Positions 19,416 to 28,192 of a stretch of 64,000 nt of DNA are shown here, piece after piece. The stretch is from a virus: positions 3,725-67,724 of IMG/VR virus record IMGVR_UViG_3300017589_000271; one strand, written 5' to 3'. A model generated the notes under the pieces. The model saw only the letters and a program-made list of their open reading frames with translations, was not told the origin of the DNA and searched no databases. The stretch's first letter is position 1; each line of letters opens with the position of its first letter. The position numbers and the translations under genes were made by a program.

Positions 19416-20406
19416 CAGTTAGCACCACCTTAATTCCATCAATAAATTCATTGTGCTTTAGGTCTTTGAACGATTTTACTTTTTGTATCTGCCAATCATG
19501 CGATATACCGTTTTTAAAAATGTTGCTTGCAACTCCCATAATAAAACCCTTAGGGTTCACATTATCTTTAGCAACGATATATATTCCATTAGTTTTTTGC
19601 GTTGTAGTGTTATATAAACTTACGCAATCGCCAACATATAACTTTTCACCGCCGAAAGCAGTTTGAATTGTTTCTTCGCCGATATTTCCACAGTGGGTGC
19701 CAGTCGGATATTCAAGGTGTGGTATAAACTCTTTTTTGACCTCTTTAGGTGGAGCATATCCCTCTAAGACAACGTATTCACTGCTATATAAATCATTTCC
19801 GTTTTCGGCATAAATTGTACCAGATAAAGTTTGCTTGAATTTGACTTTCAATATATCACCGTTTTTATAGTTGTTTAAAAAATGATTATCAGAATTAACC
19901 ACCTTGATATATTCGCCCTCTTCTGCGAAACGCTTAACTTCTCTTATTTTTGAAAAAGCTGAACTTTCAGCAAGGCTTGTGCAACATCTATCAAAAGCTA
20001 TTCTTGCACCTGTTTCAAAATCGAACGTATCCTCTGGGGAACATTTGGCTTGTGTGCGTTTGATTACTCCGTTACTGTCTTTCATTACGCAAGTTGTGGT
20101 ATTTCCGTCTGTGTAGATGTGTATTGATTGGCTTGATTGGCTTGAGGTGTTTGAAACTTCTTCAAAGCAGCACCTAAATAAACAACCGGTTTTTGTCCTA
20201 TTGTTTATTTCAGCTAAAGATTTGAAACGGTCATCATCTTTAATGCAACGACGGTCCTTGCTGACCCAACCCTTATGCCAAATTACCCCCTGTTCGTCTT
20301 TAAATATACCTTTTTTGACTTCGTATGTTTTGTCTGTTTCAAAGGAGTCCTCTCTGTTTGACGAAACGCATTTGATTTTACCATTATAAAATTTATTCAT
20401 TTTCAT
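19402..20406 (-). CDS. Hypothetical multidomain phage protein
   Basis: Contains AKCSPEDTFDFETGARIAFDR and IREVKRFAEEGEYIKVV phage domains. Confidence 0.75.
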   Translation of the reverse strand: MKMNKFYNGKIKCVSSNREDSFETDKTYEVKKGIFKDEQGVIWHKGWVSKDRRCIKDDDRFKSLAEINNRTKTGCLFRCCFEEVSNTSSQSSQSIHIYTDGNTTTCVMKDSNGVIKRTQAKCSPEDTFDFETGARIAFDRCCTSLAESSAFSKIREVKRFAEEGEYIKVVNSDNHFLNNYKNGDILKVKFKQTLSGTIYAENGNDLYSSEYVVLEGYAPPKEVKKEFIPHLEYPTGTHCGNIGEETIQTAFGGEKLYVGDCVSLYNTTTQKTNGIYIVAKDNVNPKGFIMGVASNIFKNGISHDWQIQKVKSFKDLKHNEFIDGIKVVLTDENK

Positions 20407-20746
20407 TCTCCTTATCCATTCTTAACACTTCTACAATTGAAGCTATGTACTCTGAATTTGTGACGCCAGTTAGTTTGCTGTCTTTTGGAATATAAAAGTA
20501 TTTGTTAAGTTCCTCTCGGTCCACCCTAGTTAAACTAAGTTCTATTGAGTGCCTAATTGCTCGCTCAACTCGTGAAGCAGTTGTTAGGTGTGTTTTTGCA
20601 ACTTGTGGATATACTACTTTTGTAATCTTGTGTATAGCAGTTTTGTCCTCAATACATATTTCAATTGCAGTTTTTAGGTATTCATAACCTAGTATATGCG
20701 GTGGAATAGCTAGATTTCTAAGGGCTTTAATGATTTTTGTTTTCAT
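20393..20746 (-). CDS. Spo0A C-terminal DNA-binding domain protein (no receiver domain)
   Basis: IPPHILGYEYL..AI, ITKVVYPQVAK, TTASRVERAIRHSIE, TNSEYIA, very close to the Spo0A effector domain. Confidence 0.93.
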   Translation of the reverse strand: MKTKIIKALRNLAIPPHILGYEYLKTAIEICIEDKTAIHKITKVVYPQVAKTHLTTASRVERAIRHSIELSLTRVDREELNKYFYIPKDSKLTGVTNSEYIASIVEVLRMDKENENE

Positions 20747-20757
20747 TTTTTATTCTC

Positions 20758-20979
20758 CTATCTTCTTTTGGATGAATGTTTTTTACTGCTGTTATGCGAT
20801 GTGTAATTTTTACTTGAGTAATGGTTGCCTTTTAAAACTTCAAAACAAAAGTTGTCTGTTTCTTTTCCTTGTTTTATGTAGTCTTGCCTTGCGTGATAAT
20901 CGGCTAGAAAGTTATTGTATTTCCCACAATGGCCGTGACAGCCGATATGCCTGTCCTCACAGCCTTTGCAACTATTCAT
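20758..20979 (-). CDS. Small Cys/His protein
   Basis: CKGCEDRHIGCHGHCGKY. Confidence 0.65.
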   Translation of the reverse strand: MNSCKGCEDRHIGCHGHCGKYNNFLADYHARQDYIKQGKETDNFCFEVLKGNHYSSKNYTSHNSSKKHSSKRR

Positions 20980-21220
20980 TATTGAATGTACTTAGACTAT
21001 CTGACATCAGTTGTACACCCGCTTTAAACCCTTGAACATAGCATTCTTCTTGTATTGCTCCCATTAAACTAACGAACTTGAAAACTAACTCTTTCTTTGT
21101 TTCATCTTCTGTGCTTTTTTTAATTAGAAATTCAACATTGCCTATCCTGTCTTGTGTTTCTTGTGAGAATTTGATTTTACCTGTTTCTGTTTCGTTTTCA
21201 AAAAGCTCTTTTACTTTCAT
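20972..21220 (-). CDS. Hypothetical protein (DUF6809-like)
   Basis: EECYVQGFKAGVQLM. Confidence 0.6.
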   Translation of the reverse strand: MKVKELFENETETGKIKFSQETQDRIGNVEFLIKKSTEDETKKELVFKFVSLMGAIQEECYVQGFKAGVQLMSDSLSTFNNE

Positions 21221-21461
21221 TTTTTACAACTCCTTTTCTTTCAGTGAAATAATGCTCAACCTCTTTTAACTCTTGCAATTCTTCAATGAACTCTTGCAAA
21301 TTTTCTTTTGCTATTGCAAGCCGTCCACATTTTGCACTATCAATGATAATGTTTTTATCTTTAATTATGTATGTTGTTGCTCTGAATACCTCACTTTCAA
21401 CGGTTATTGTTTGAGGAAATTGTCGTTCAAACAATCTTAATTCTGTTTCACTCATTGCCAC
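21198..21461 (-). CDS. Hypothetical protein
   Basis: Packed in operon. Confidence 0.55.
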   Translation of the reverse strand: MAMSETELRLFERQFPQTITVESEVFRATTYIIKDKNIIIDSAKCGRLAIAKENLQEFIEELQELKEVEHYFTERKGVVKNESKRAF

Positions 21462-21637
21462 TCCACACCGTCCTTAAACGCTTGTCTTGCTCCAGTTAAT
21501 AAGAATATGCCCGTCAACGCAATAAGCTTGACAATGCCTTTATCAAAGTCTATTGCGTCGATTTCCATTGAACCTACTGTGCCGGCTATTAAAATCACGC
21601 TAATTACACCAATTAGGATATTTATTTTACGTTTCAT
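21452..21637 (-). CDS. Small membrane protein
   Basis: Two hydrophobic segments. Confidence 0.55.
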   Translation of the reverse strand: MKRKINILIGVISVILIAGTVGSMEIDAIDFDKGIVKLIALTGIFLLTGARQAFKDGVEWQ

Positions 21638-21813
21638 TGCTTGTCCCTCTTTCTACGTCAAAATTATTATTGATAGCATAACTAAAACTGTTGCACATAT
21701 TTTTATAGCAATACTTCTTTGCCTTTTTTGTTTATCAAAATCAGCAAAAAACTGTTCTAGTAATGCTGATTGTTTTCGCATATTTGCGACTTCAAATGTT
21801 TCTTTGCGTTTCA

Positions 21814-22080
21814 TTACTTGTCCCTCACATCTTTCAACTCATCTGCAATAACATCTTTTTTGTTAGCTTGTCCCTCTCTTTCCGTCAACCGACATTTATC
21901 GGAACACTCTTTGCAATAAATAGCAGTTGAAAACAGGCAAAACTCGCCACTTTGTATTAGGTCTACAAGGTCTATCTGGTGTTCAACTCCACAATTTGGG
22001 CAAATAGTGAATACGTTTTCATCAGTTATCTCTGTGTAAATTGAACATTCATCTGTGATTTGTGATTTTACATAGTACAT
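21814..22080 (-). CDS. Zinc-binding hypothetical protein
   Basis: ENVFTICPNCGVEH..YCKECS. Confidence 0.7.
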   Translation of the reverse strand: MYYVKSQITDECSIYTEITDENVFTICPNCGVEHQIDLVDLIQSGEFCLFSTAIYCKECSDKCRLTEREGQANKKDVIADELKDVRDK

Positions 22081-22310
22081 TATTTATCCTCCCATTCTTT
22101 AAATGCTTTTTCAAATAAGGTTAGCAGTTCATCAAGTGCAGTTAGAATTACATCAGATTTTGGCATTGTGTATTTTTCGTTTAATACGTTAGAAATTAGA
22201 ATTGCGTCCGTTTTAATACCTTTTAAAGAAAGATGTTTAACAAGTACTTTTTTTTGCAAACCAATATCTTCTATGCGTTTCTTTGTGCTACTTGCTGATA
22301 TTTTTGACAT
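22080..22310 (-). CDS. Cro-like small DNA-binding protein (first gene of leftward operon)
   Basis: Divergent from XRE repressor; basic helical 76 aa; AAAGGAGG RBS. Confidence 0.6.
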   Translation of the reverse strand: MSKISASSTKKRIEDIGLQKKVLVKHLSLKGIKTDAILISNVLNEKYTMPKSDVILTALDELLTLFEKAFKEWEDK

Positions 22311-22350
22311 TTTTAACCCTCCTTTTGTGAATGATTATGTATAATTATTA

Positions 22351-22379
22351 TTGCATTTTATTATCTTATAAGGTATAAT
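22351..22379 (+). promoter_or_regulatory. SigA promoter TTGCAT-17-TATAAT with family-A operator (22361-22376) overlapping spacer and -10
   Basis: Direct reading; points toward repressor 22602. Confidence 0.7.
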
Positions 22380-22516
22380 GATATAGCTACATAACTTCAT
22401 ACCGTAAAAATAATAATCTGCTTTTTTTGTAGAACACTATTTTTATAAACCATCTTAAATATTTTTTAAGGTGTGTGTTTTCTGTTAGTTTTTTTAAGTA
22501 GCACTCTACAACTATT

Positions 22517-22571
22517 ATTATATGTGATTGTATTCACATAGTCAATAGCATTATGAGAATTAGTCCTCATA
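22517..22571 (-). promoter_or_regulatory. Leftward SigA promoter TTGACT-17-TATAAT (22545-22517) with two family-B operators TATGWGA-N6-YCWCATA (22521-22540, 22552-22571)
   Basis: Near-perfect -35/-10; palindrome TATGTGA..TCACATA fills the spacer. Confidence 0.8.
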
Positions 22572-22601
22572 AATAATAACCAAAGTTAAAGGAGTAATAT
22601 T

Positions 22602-23066
22602 GTGGAATATTCACAAATCATACTTAATTTTATGGAAAGCCGAGGAATTACAGGCTACAAACTTTCAAAAGAAACAGATATATCAGTTAGTTTATTTAGT
22701 AAGTGGAAAAAAAGCCCAACTTCAAGGATTGACGCTCTTACAGTGAATAAAATAGCTAAGTATTTTGATGTATCTACTGACTTTCTTTTAGGCAATATAA
22801 ACAAAAAAGAAGAATATAATCGTAAGCTTAATAAGCTGGCAGAAGAACACGCTGACAATATGGCTGAAGAAGCTGTAAACGAATACAAAAAAACACACCC
22901 ATCAGCTAATGAAACTGATGAGCGTATTGCCTTACTTGCAAGTAAATACAAAGATGGCGAAAAACTGTTCGATATATTATCTCAACTATCCCCGGAACGC
23001 TTACAAGCTACTATTGATGTTGCCCAAGCTTTTGTTCTTCAACAAAAACTAGAAGAAAAGAAATAA
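22602..23066 (+). CDS. CI-like XRE HTH repressor
   Basis: GITGYKLSKETDISVSLFSKWK..IAKYFDVSTDFLLG. Confidence 0.88.
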   Translation: MEYSQIILNFMESRGITGYKLSKETDISVSLFSKWKKSPTSRIDALTVNKIAKYFDVSTDFLLGNINKKEEYNRKLNKLAEEHADNMAEEAVNEYKKTHPSANETDERIALLASKYKDGEKLFDILSQLSPERLQATIDVAQAFVLQQKLEEKK

Positions 23067-23124
23067 GTTGCTCGCTTGCGTTATTATCTATTATGTCTAT
23101 AAGTTGAATTAATAAATCATCCAT
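23011..23124 (-). CDS. Small ORF (37 aa) convergent on and overlapping the repressor 3' end
   Basis: MDDLLIQLIDIIDNNASEQLISFLLVFVEEQKLGQHQ; below the ORF track cutoff. Confidence 0.35.
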   Translation of the reverse strand: MDDLLIQLIDIIDNNASEQLISFLLVFVEEQKLGQHQ

Positions 23125-23267
23125 GATAAACACTTCTTTCAGAAATATTTATCCCCTCCTTTTTCGCAACGTTGCTGTTTTAGTATATCACCAATATTTA
23201 GCTATTTACAGAGGTAAAAAAAGGGTTAAAAGCTAGAGTATTAATTAAATAAGAGGTTGGTTTTAAA

Positions 23268-23597
23268 ATGACTTTTATTGGAAAACTAGATGAACATTTA
23301 AGGGAACATAACTACACTAAAGCTGATTTTTCTAAGTATAGTGGTATTCCTTATACAACTATTTGTGGTTGGTATAGCAGAAACGTTGGTCAAATGCGTA
23401 AAGACACTATTGACAAACTATTGAAATATTTTAGGTGCAGTTATGAAGAATTGTTTTTAGACGATATTGATGGAATTTTTGAATACAAACTATCTGCATA
23501 CGAAAAAGAAATATTGGATATCGCTAGAAAGATTGAAGATAAAAAAGAACAGATTAAATTAATAGGTAAACTTGAGTTAATTGTTGAAAATAAATAA
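23268..23597 (+). CDS. Second XRE HTH regulator
   Basis: TKADFSKYSGIPYTTICGWY..LLKYFRCSYEEL. Confidence 0.88.
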   Translation: MTFIGKLDEHLREHNYTKADFSKYSGIPYTTICGWYSRNVGQMRKDTIDKLLKYFRCSYEELFLDDIDGIFEYKLSAYEKEILDIARKIEDKKEQIKLIGKLELIVENK

Positions 23598-23609
23598 GTG
23601 TAATATGTG

Positions 23610-23645
23610 AAGCATTATGCGTTACTGCATAGTGCTTTTTTTTTT
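23610..23645 (+). terminator. Intrinsic terminator
   Basis: AAGCATTATGC/GCATAGTGCTT stem followed by a long T tract. Confidence 0.85.
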
Positions 23646-23654
23646 AATGTTTTA

Positions 23655-23705
23655 TTACGTTATAGGGTAATATCTGTTGACTTTCACTACCTTGTTTGAT
23701 ATAAT
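23655..23705 (+). promoter_or_regulatory. Family-A operator (23655-23670) plus SigA promoter TTGACT-17-TATAAT (23677-23705)
   Basis: Near-consensus promoter right after a terminator, heading the replication operon. Confidence 0.85.
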
Positions 23706-23750
23706 TTAAGTATGAAAATACTACATAGTTTTTGAAAGGAGGTTTATATT

Positions 23751-23909
23751 ATGAATTGTTACACAGTAAAAGAGGTCGCTGATATATTTAAGGTTAGCAC
23801 TAGACAGGTATATAGTTTAGTTGCAACAGGTAAATTGAAAACATTTAGGGTTGGTGGTGCTGTTCGTATCAATCAATCAGAAGTTGACAGAATTATGAAA
23901 GGTGAGTAA
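23751..23909 (+). CDS. Excisionase-family HTH (HTH_17) protein
   Basis: Manual translation MNCYTVKEVADIFKVSTRQVYSLVATGKLKTFRVGGAVRINQSEVDRIMKGE; AAAGGAGG RBS. Confidence 0.85.
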   Translation: MNCYTVKEVADIFKVSTRQVYSLVATGKLKTFRVGGAVRINQSEVDRIMKGE

Positions 23910-23955
23910 TTTTTTTACTTGCGTCTTACCTTATAAGGTAGAAAGGAGAACGGAA

Positions 23956-24111
23956 ATGGATTACAAAGTTATAATAGCGGTCGATATGGGCGATTTTATA
24001 AACGAAGAATGCGAGGGAATAGCTCTATTGATTTCAGAAAAAGATTTAGAAACGATTATGAGAATAGCTTTTGAAAACAATTTGGAATGCAATATTAAAA
24101 AAGTCAACTAA
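23956..24111 (+). CDS. Hypothetical protein
   Basis: ATG after AAAGGAG; preceded by family-A operator 23926-23941. Confidence 0.55.
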   Translation: MDYKVIIAVDMGDFINEECEGIALLISEKDLETIMRIAFENNLECNIKKVN

Positions 24112-24128
24112 GAAAGGAAATATATTTT

Positions 24129-25052
24129 ATGGCAGAAACTAAAAAATATTGGTACATACAGCTTGATGTTAATTTCTTTGAAAATGAAGTGATTGACTGG
24201 CTATGCGAACAAAAAAACGGTTATGAATATGTCGTGCTTTATATTAAATTATGCTTGAAAACATCTAATACAGGTGGCTTCTTGACAAGGCAAATAGGAG
24301 ATATGGTTATCCCTTATGATTTCAATAAGATTGCAGAAGTTACCAAAATGAAACTAGATACTGTTATTGTAGCTTTTGAATTGTTTAAAAAAACTGGCTT
24401 GATTTATAAAGCTGACGAGGATAATAATTTAATGCGTATTCCTGCAGTTGAAAAGATGGTTGGATATACCACTCAATTTGCATTAGATAAAGCAAAACAG
24501 CGTGAAAAGAAAAAACAATTACAGTTGATAAATCAAGACAAAGTCCAAGACAAAGTCCAAGACACTGTACCCACAAGAGATAAGAGTATAGAGTTAAGAG
24601 TTAAGAGTTTAGATAAAGAACTTAAAAGTACTCTTACGAGTACTAATACGTCAAACAAGTTTGACTATGATGACATTGTTGAAACGTTCAACTCAATTTG
24701 CGTTAGTTTTCCTAAAGTAACTAAGCTATCAGAAGCACGAAAAAAAGCTATTAAGGCTAGACTAAGCGGTGGTTACTCTAAAGATGATTTTGAAAAAGTA
24801 TTTAGCAATGCCGAAAACAGTGATTTTCTAAAGGGAAAGAACACCGAATGGCAAGCTAACTTTGATTGGCTGATAAAAGAAACAAATATGATAAAAGTTT
24901 TAGAGGGTAACTATGCGAATAAAGATGGACCTGCTAAACCTCAAATCAAGTATGAGGTTGACAATGGTATGCGAGGGTTGGCAAGGCTAAAACAAGAAGA
25001 ATATGAAAAACAAAGGCTTTTAGACGAAGAAAAGGAGAAAGAAAATGAATGA
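24129..25052 (+). CDS. Phage replisome organiser / replication initiator
   Basis: KKYWYIQLDVNFF..GYEYVVLYIKL N-terminal domain; C-terminal WQANFDWLIK..KVLEGNY. Confidence 0.9.
   Translation: MAETKKYWYIQLDVNFFENEVIDWLCEQKNGYEYVVLYIKLCLKTSNTGGFLTRQIGDMVIPYDFNKIAEVTKMKLDTVIVAFELFKKTGLIYKADEDNNLMRIPAVEKMVGYTTQFALDKAKQREKKKQLQLINQDKVQDKVQDTVPTRDKSIELRVKSLDKELKSTLTSTNTSNKFDYDDIVETFNSICVSFPKVTKLSEARKKAIKARLSGGYSKDDFEKVFSNAENSDFLKGKNTEWQANFDWLIKETNMIKVLEGNYANKDGPAKPQIKYEVDNGMRGLARLKQEEYEKQRLLDEEKEKENE
24534..24612. repeat. Iteron-like repeats inside the initiator gene (probable origin)
   Basis: CAAGACAAAGTC x2 plus CAAGACACTGTA, then AGAGTTA-type 7-mers. Confidence 0.65.
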
Positions 25053-25692
25053 AATAATTAACGTAAGAACAAATAACGGTGTATTAACTGTAAATAGTAG
25101 AGAGGTAGCAAGACGCTTTGAAAAACAACATAAACACGTTTTAGATTGCATTAGAAATCTCATAGCCGAAAATTCGGCTGTCAGTTCTATGGTAACAAAA
25201 ACTGAATATGCAATGCGTGGGAAACTATATCCACAATATGAATTAACTCGTGACGGTTTTAGTCTTTTAGTTATGAGTTTTGCGGGGCCCAAAGCATTAA
25301 ATTGGAAAATTAAATACATAAATGCTTTTAATGCAATGGAACAGGAGTTAAAAAATAGGTATCTGCAAGAAAAAGAATTTAACGATATGCGAGAAAGAAT
25401 ATTATCTGCTGATTGGAAAAATTATATTTACGGTAAAGTAAGAAGTATTGCAGAACATTATGAGCTTGACACTAACAAGGTTCTTAGTTTTTTCTATCAA
25501 GAGGTACAAAGAGAAAACAATATTGACTTTGATAGAATGAAAAGAGAATATGAAATATCTAACAACATTTATTATATATCTATGTTCGGCTTTATAGACA
25601 AGGTTGATGTTTTAAAAAATCTTGTTGGTGATATGGTAGTGAAATACTATAACAACATTTTTAATCAAGTTGGGGGTTATTTAGTTGACTAG
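25045..25692 (+). CDS. Rha family regulatory protein
   Basis: NSREVARRFEKQHKHVLDCIRNL..LTRDGFSLLVMSF.G.KALNWKIKYINAFNAME. Confidence 0.92.
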   Translation: MNEIINVRTNNGVLTVNSREVARRFEKQHKHVLDCIRNLIAENSAVSSMVTKTEYAMRGKLYPQYELTRDGFSLLVMSFAGPKALNWKIKYINAFNAMEQELKNRYLQEKEFNDMRERILSADWKNYIYGKVRSIAEHYELDTNKVLSFFYQEVQRENNIDFDRMKREYEISNNIYYISMFGFIDKVDVLKNLVGDMVVKYYNNIFNQVGGYLVD

Positions 25693-26128
25693 AACAGAAG
25701 CAATTAAAATTCAAACTAACAAATATATATATGCGATTGAAAACGTAGAATTGGACAAACGTTCCACAGCTTTGCAACATCAATTAGATTATTTCAAAAG
25801 CGTAAAAAATCTTATAGAGGAACAAGATAATGTAGTTGTAGATAAAACATTAGTACAAAAAGTTGATGTAATAGAAGTTATTGAAAAGTTAAAATTTTCG
25901 TTTTATAGTTTCTTCCCGAACATAAAAGATGACACAATAGATGTAATGGTGAATGTATGGTACAATTATCTTAAAAAATATAAAAAAATCGTATTGCAGG
26001 ACGCACTCGACAGGCTGATTACTACACCTAGCGAATACGGAAAAGCTCCTAACTTACCAGATGTGGTGGCTGTATGCGAAAGTATAAGATTTGACGATAA
26101 ATACAAAGATAAAAGCAAAGATTTATAA
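25685..26128 (+). CDS. G39P-like helicase loader/inhibitor
   Basis: VNVWYNYL..LQDALDRLI..APNLPDV pattern; follows the initiator. Confidence 0.55.
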   Translation: MTRTEAIKIQTNKYIYAIENVELDKRSTALQHQLDYFKSVKNLIEEQDNVVVDKTLVQKVDVIEVIEKLKFSFYSFFPNIKDDTIDVMVNVWYNYLKKYKKIVLQDALDRLITTPSEYGKAPNLPDVVAVCESIRFDDKYKDKSKDL

Positions 26129-26274
26129 AATGTATCGTTACAGTTCCCTCACGCAATCAGAACATAGCCTTATATCAATTCTAACGCTTTACAAGTGAAA
26201 TTTACACTAACAGAATATCAAGGTTATAACAGGGCGTTTTTGAGGGGATACAAGCTATGATAAAATAAACAGAG

Positions 26275-26308
26275 AAAATAACCGTCTTAAAAAAACGGTT
26301 ATTTTTTA
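26275..26308. terminator. Bidirectional intrinsic terminator
   Basis: AAAATAACCGT/ACGGTTATTTT between convergent genes. Confidence 0.8.
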
Positions 26309-26332
26309 TTATCTATGCTATCTACCCTAAAT

Positions 26333-27193
26333 TTATTTATTAGTACAATTAATCGTTATATTATGGCTTTTCATAACTAACTTTATCGCTTCATTTACAT
26401 CAGCCATATTAATAGGAGAAACGGTCATAATCCCATTTTCAAAATCTGTTATTGATTTTGCTCTGAGCACAGCTGGAGTTTCCAAATTGTATTTTTTCAT
26501 AAAATCACCGCATACATCAAAAGCGTTTACAATTCTGTTGGCAATGCTTGTCGTATATACGTTAAACAAAGCTGCAATTAGCGTTTGTATTTTTGCAATA
26601 TACGGTTGTATATCTATATCGTCTTTCATACTTTCTATATCTTTTCTAACATGTTTCCAACTTGAGAACTTCAAAAGATGGTCTTTACTACAAGTGATTT
26701 TGCTCCCAGATAAATCACGAGAATATTTTGTAAATGGTAAATCATAGTGAACAATATAATCTCTAAATTTGACCCAAAAACGATATTCAAAATAATCGTC
26801 ATAAAAGTTATGAAAAACCGACGTAAGATTTGCTAATTTATCTGGTTCTTCTATGGAAGTGCGTTTATTTATCATATCAATATATATACCAATAGTACAA
26901 CAAAAATTAAAAATATGATAATTGCCTTTATTAATAATATTAATGCAATCTTTTTCAGCTATTGGAGAAGTGCCACTTGATACATTATCTAAAAACTTAT
27001 TTAGAATAACTCCGTTCTCAATTACCATGTGCCACACTCTTTTAAGGTGGACGTATCCAGACATTTTTTCTATTGCATCATATACTATTGATAGTTCATT
27101 TTCTGTGATATCTGCAAGTTGAGTTAAATTTGGGGTTCCGTCTTTATTTGAAGATATGTTCCCTACTTTTATAATTGACATTCCAATCATCAT
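26333..27193 (-). CDS. Accessory protein with RX4H motif (HEPN-like)
   Basis: Helical 286-aa protein with KFRDYIVHY. Confidence 0.55.
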   Translation of the reverse strand: MMIGMSIIKVGNISSNKDGTPNLTQLADITENELSIVYDAIEKMSGYVHLKRVWHMVIENGVILNKFLDNVSSGTSPIAEKDCINIINKGNYHIFNFCCTIGIYIDMINKRTSIEEPDKLANLTSVFHNFYDDYFEYRFWVKFRDYIVHYDLPFTKYSRDLSGSKITCSKDHLLKFSSWKHVRKDIESMKDDIDIQPYIAKIQTLIAALFNVYTTSIANRIVNAFDVCGDFMKKYNLETPAVLRAKSITDFENGIMTVSPINMADVNEAIKLVMKSHNITINCTNK

Positions 27194-27222
27194 TCCCTTT
27201 TTTAAAATAAGTAGCTCTTTTT

Positions 27223-27786
27223 CTATATTACATCTTTATACTTATTTATAATGTAATATATGTTACTTCTTGTATATCCCGTTAATTTCATAAAATCTTT
27301 AACAGATATCTCTTTATTTACGAAATCTTTAGTTAATTTTTTCAAAAGTTTTTCGTCGTGGTTTGGTTGACGACCTTTATACTTACCAGCTGCCTTTGCA
27401 ATGGCTACACCCTCACGTTGTCGCTCTAACAAGTTAGTACGCTCGAATTCATTTATAGCCCCAATCATAGTAAGCATAAGTTTGCCTGTTGGTGTAGCTG
27501 TATCTATGTTCTCTTTATTACTTACAAGGTGTACGTTTATACTTTGCAGTTCTTCTACTATTTTTAATAGGTCTGTTGTACTTCTTGCAAGCCTGCTAAA
27601 ATCGTGTATAAAAATGGTGTCACCCTCTTTAACTTCTGACATCATTGCTTGAAATTGTGGACGGTTCGTATTCTTTCCACTTATTTTTTCAATAAAAACT
27701 TTATCTAAATTATGTTTTTGTAATGCTTCAACTTGCCTTGCTTCGTTCTGGTCTTGACTACTAACACGAACGTAACCATATTTCAT
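27223..27786 (-). CDS. Small serine recombinase (resolvase/invertase)
   Basis: YGYVRVSS, EKISG..RP, DFSRLARS, EFER..ERQREG, GKYKGR plus HTH. Confidence 0.95.
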   Translation of the reverse strand: MKYGYVRVSSQDQNEARQVEALQKHNLDKVFIEKISGKNTNRPQFQAMMSEVKEGDTIFIHDFSRLARSTTDLLKIVEELQSINVHLVSNKENIDTATPTGKLMLTMIGAINEFERTNLLERQREGVAIAKAAGKYKGRQPNHDEKLLKKLTKDFVNKEISVKDFMKLTGYTRSNIYYIINKYKDVI

Positions 27787-27803
27787 AGTGTGTCGCTCCT
27801 TTC

Positions 27804-28073
27804 TTATTTTATATTAAGATATTTAAAATATTCTTTTAGATTATCTATGCCAGTATCTTCATCTAACCAAAATTCCCATTCACCATCTTTTTTATTCCAT
27901 TGTTCAACAGTAGACATAATTGAACAATGAGGCTTGTTTTTTGTATTGGATTGAAACAAATCATAATTCGTTAAAATATCTATTATTTTTTGTGCTTCGT
28001 TAATGTTATTTACCTCAACGATAAATGGTTCACTTTCAAAGTTTAATAAATGGCATACTCTTAACTTTTTCAT
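27804..28073 (-). CDS. Hypothetical phage protein
   Basis: KLRVCH..PFIVEVNNINEA..LTNYDLFQ, a conserved small phage family. Confidence 0.65.
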   Translation of the reverse strand: MKKLRVCHLLNFESEPFIVEVNNINEAQKIIDILTNYDLFQSNTKNKPHCSIMSTVEQWNKKDGEWEFWLDEDTGIDNLKEYFKYLNIK

Positions 28074-28192
28074 CCTTTTACCCCCAAAAAATTAATTTAG
28101 AATATGATACAAGCCACTACACACCGTAAACACGTTATTAAGATGTGTAGGACTTGAATTATCGAATATGCTACATCTGACTAAGCTGTTAC

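Noticed and set aside
1924-21851. Many plus-strand ORFs of 60-115 aa over the leftward arm
   Set aside because: Antisense shadows of motif-bearing minus-strand genes, without convincing RBS or motifs.
27223-27786. Invertible tail-fibre (shufflon) system or integrase role for the recombinase
   Set aside because: It is a small resolvase-type protein lacking the large recombinase domain, far from fibre genes, and I found no flanking inverted repeats by eye.
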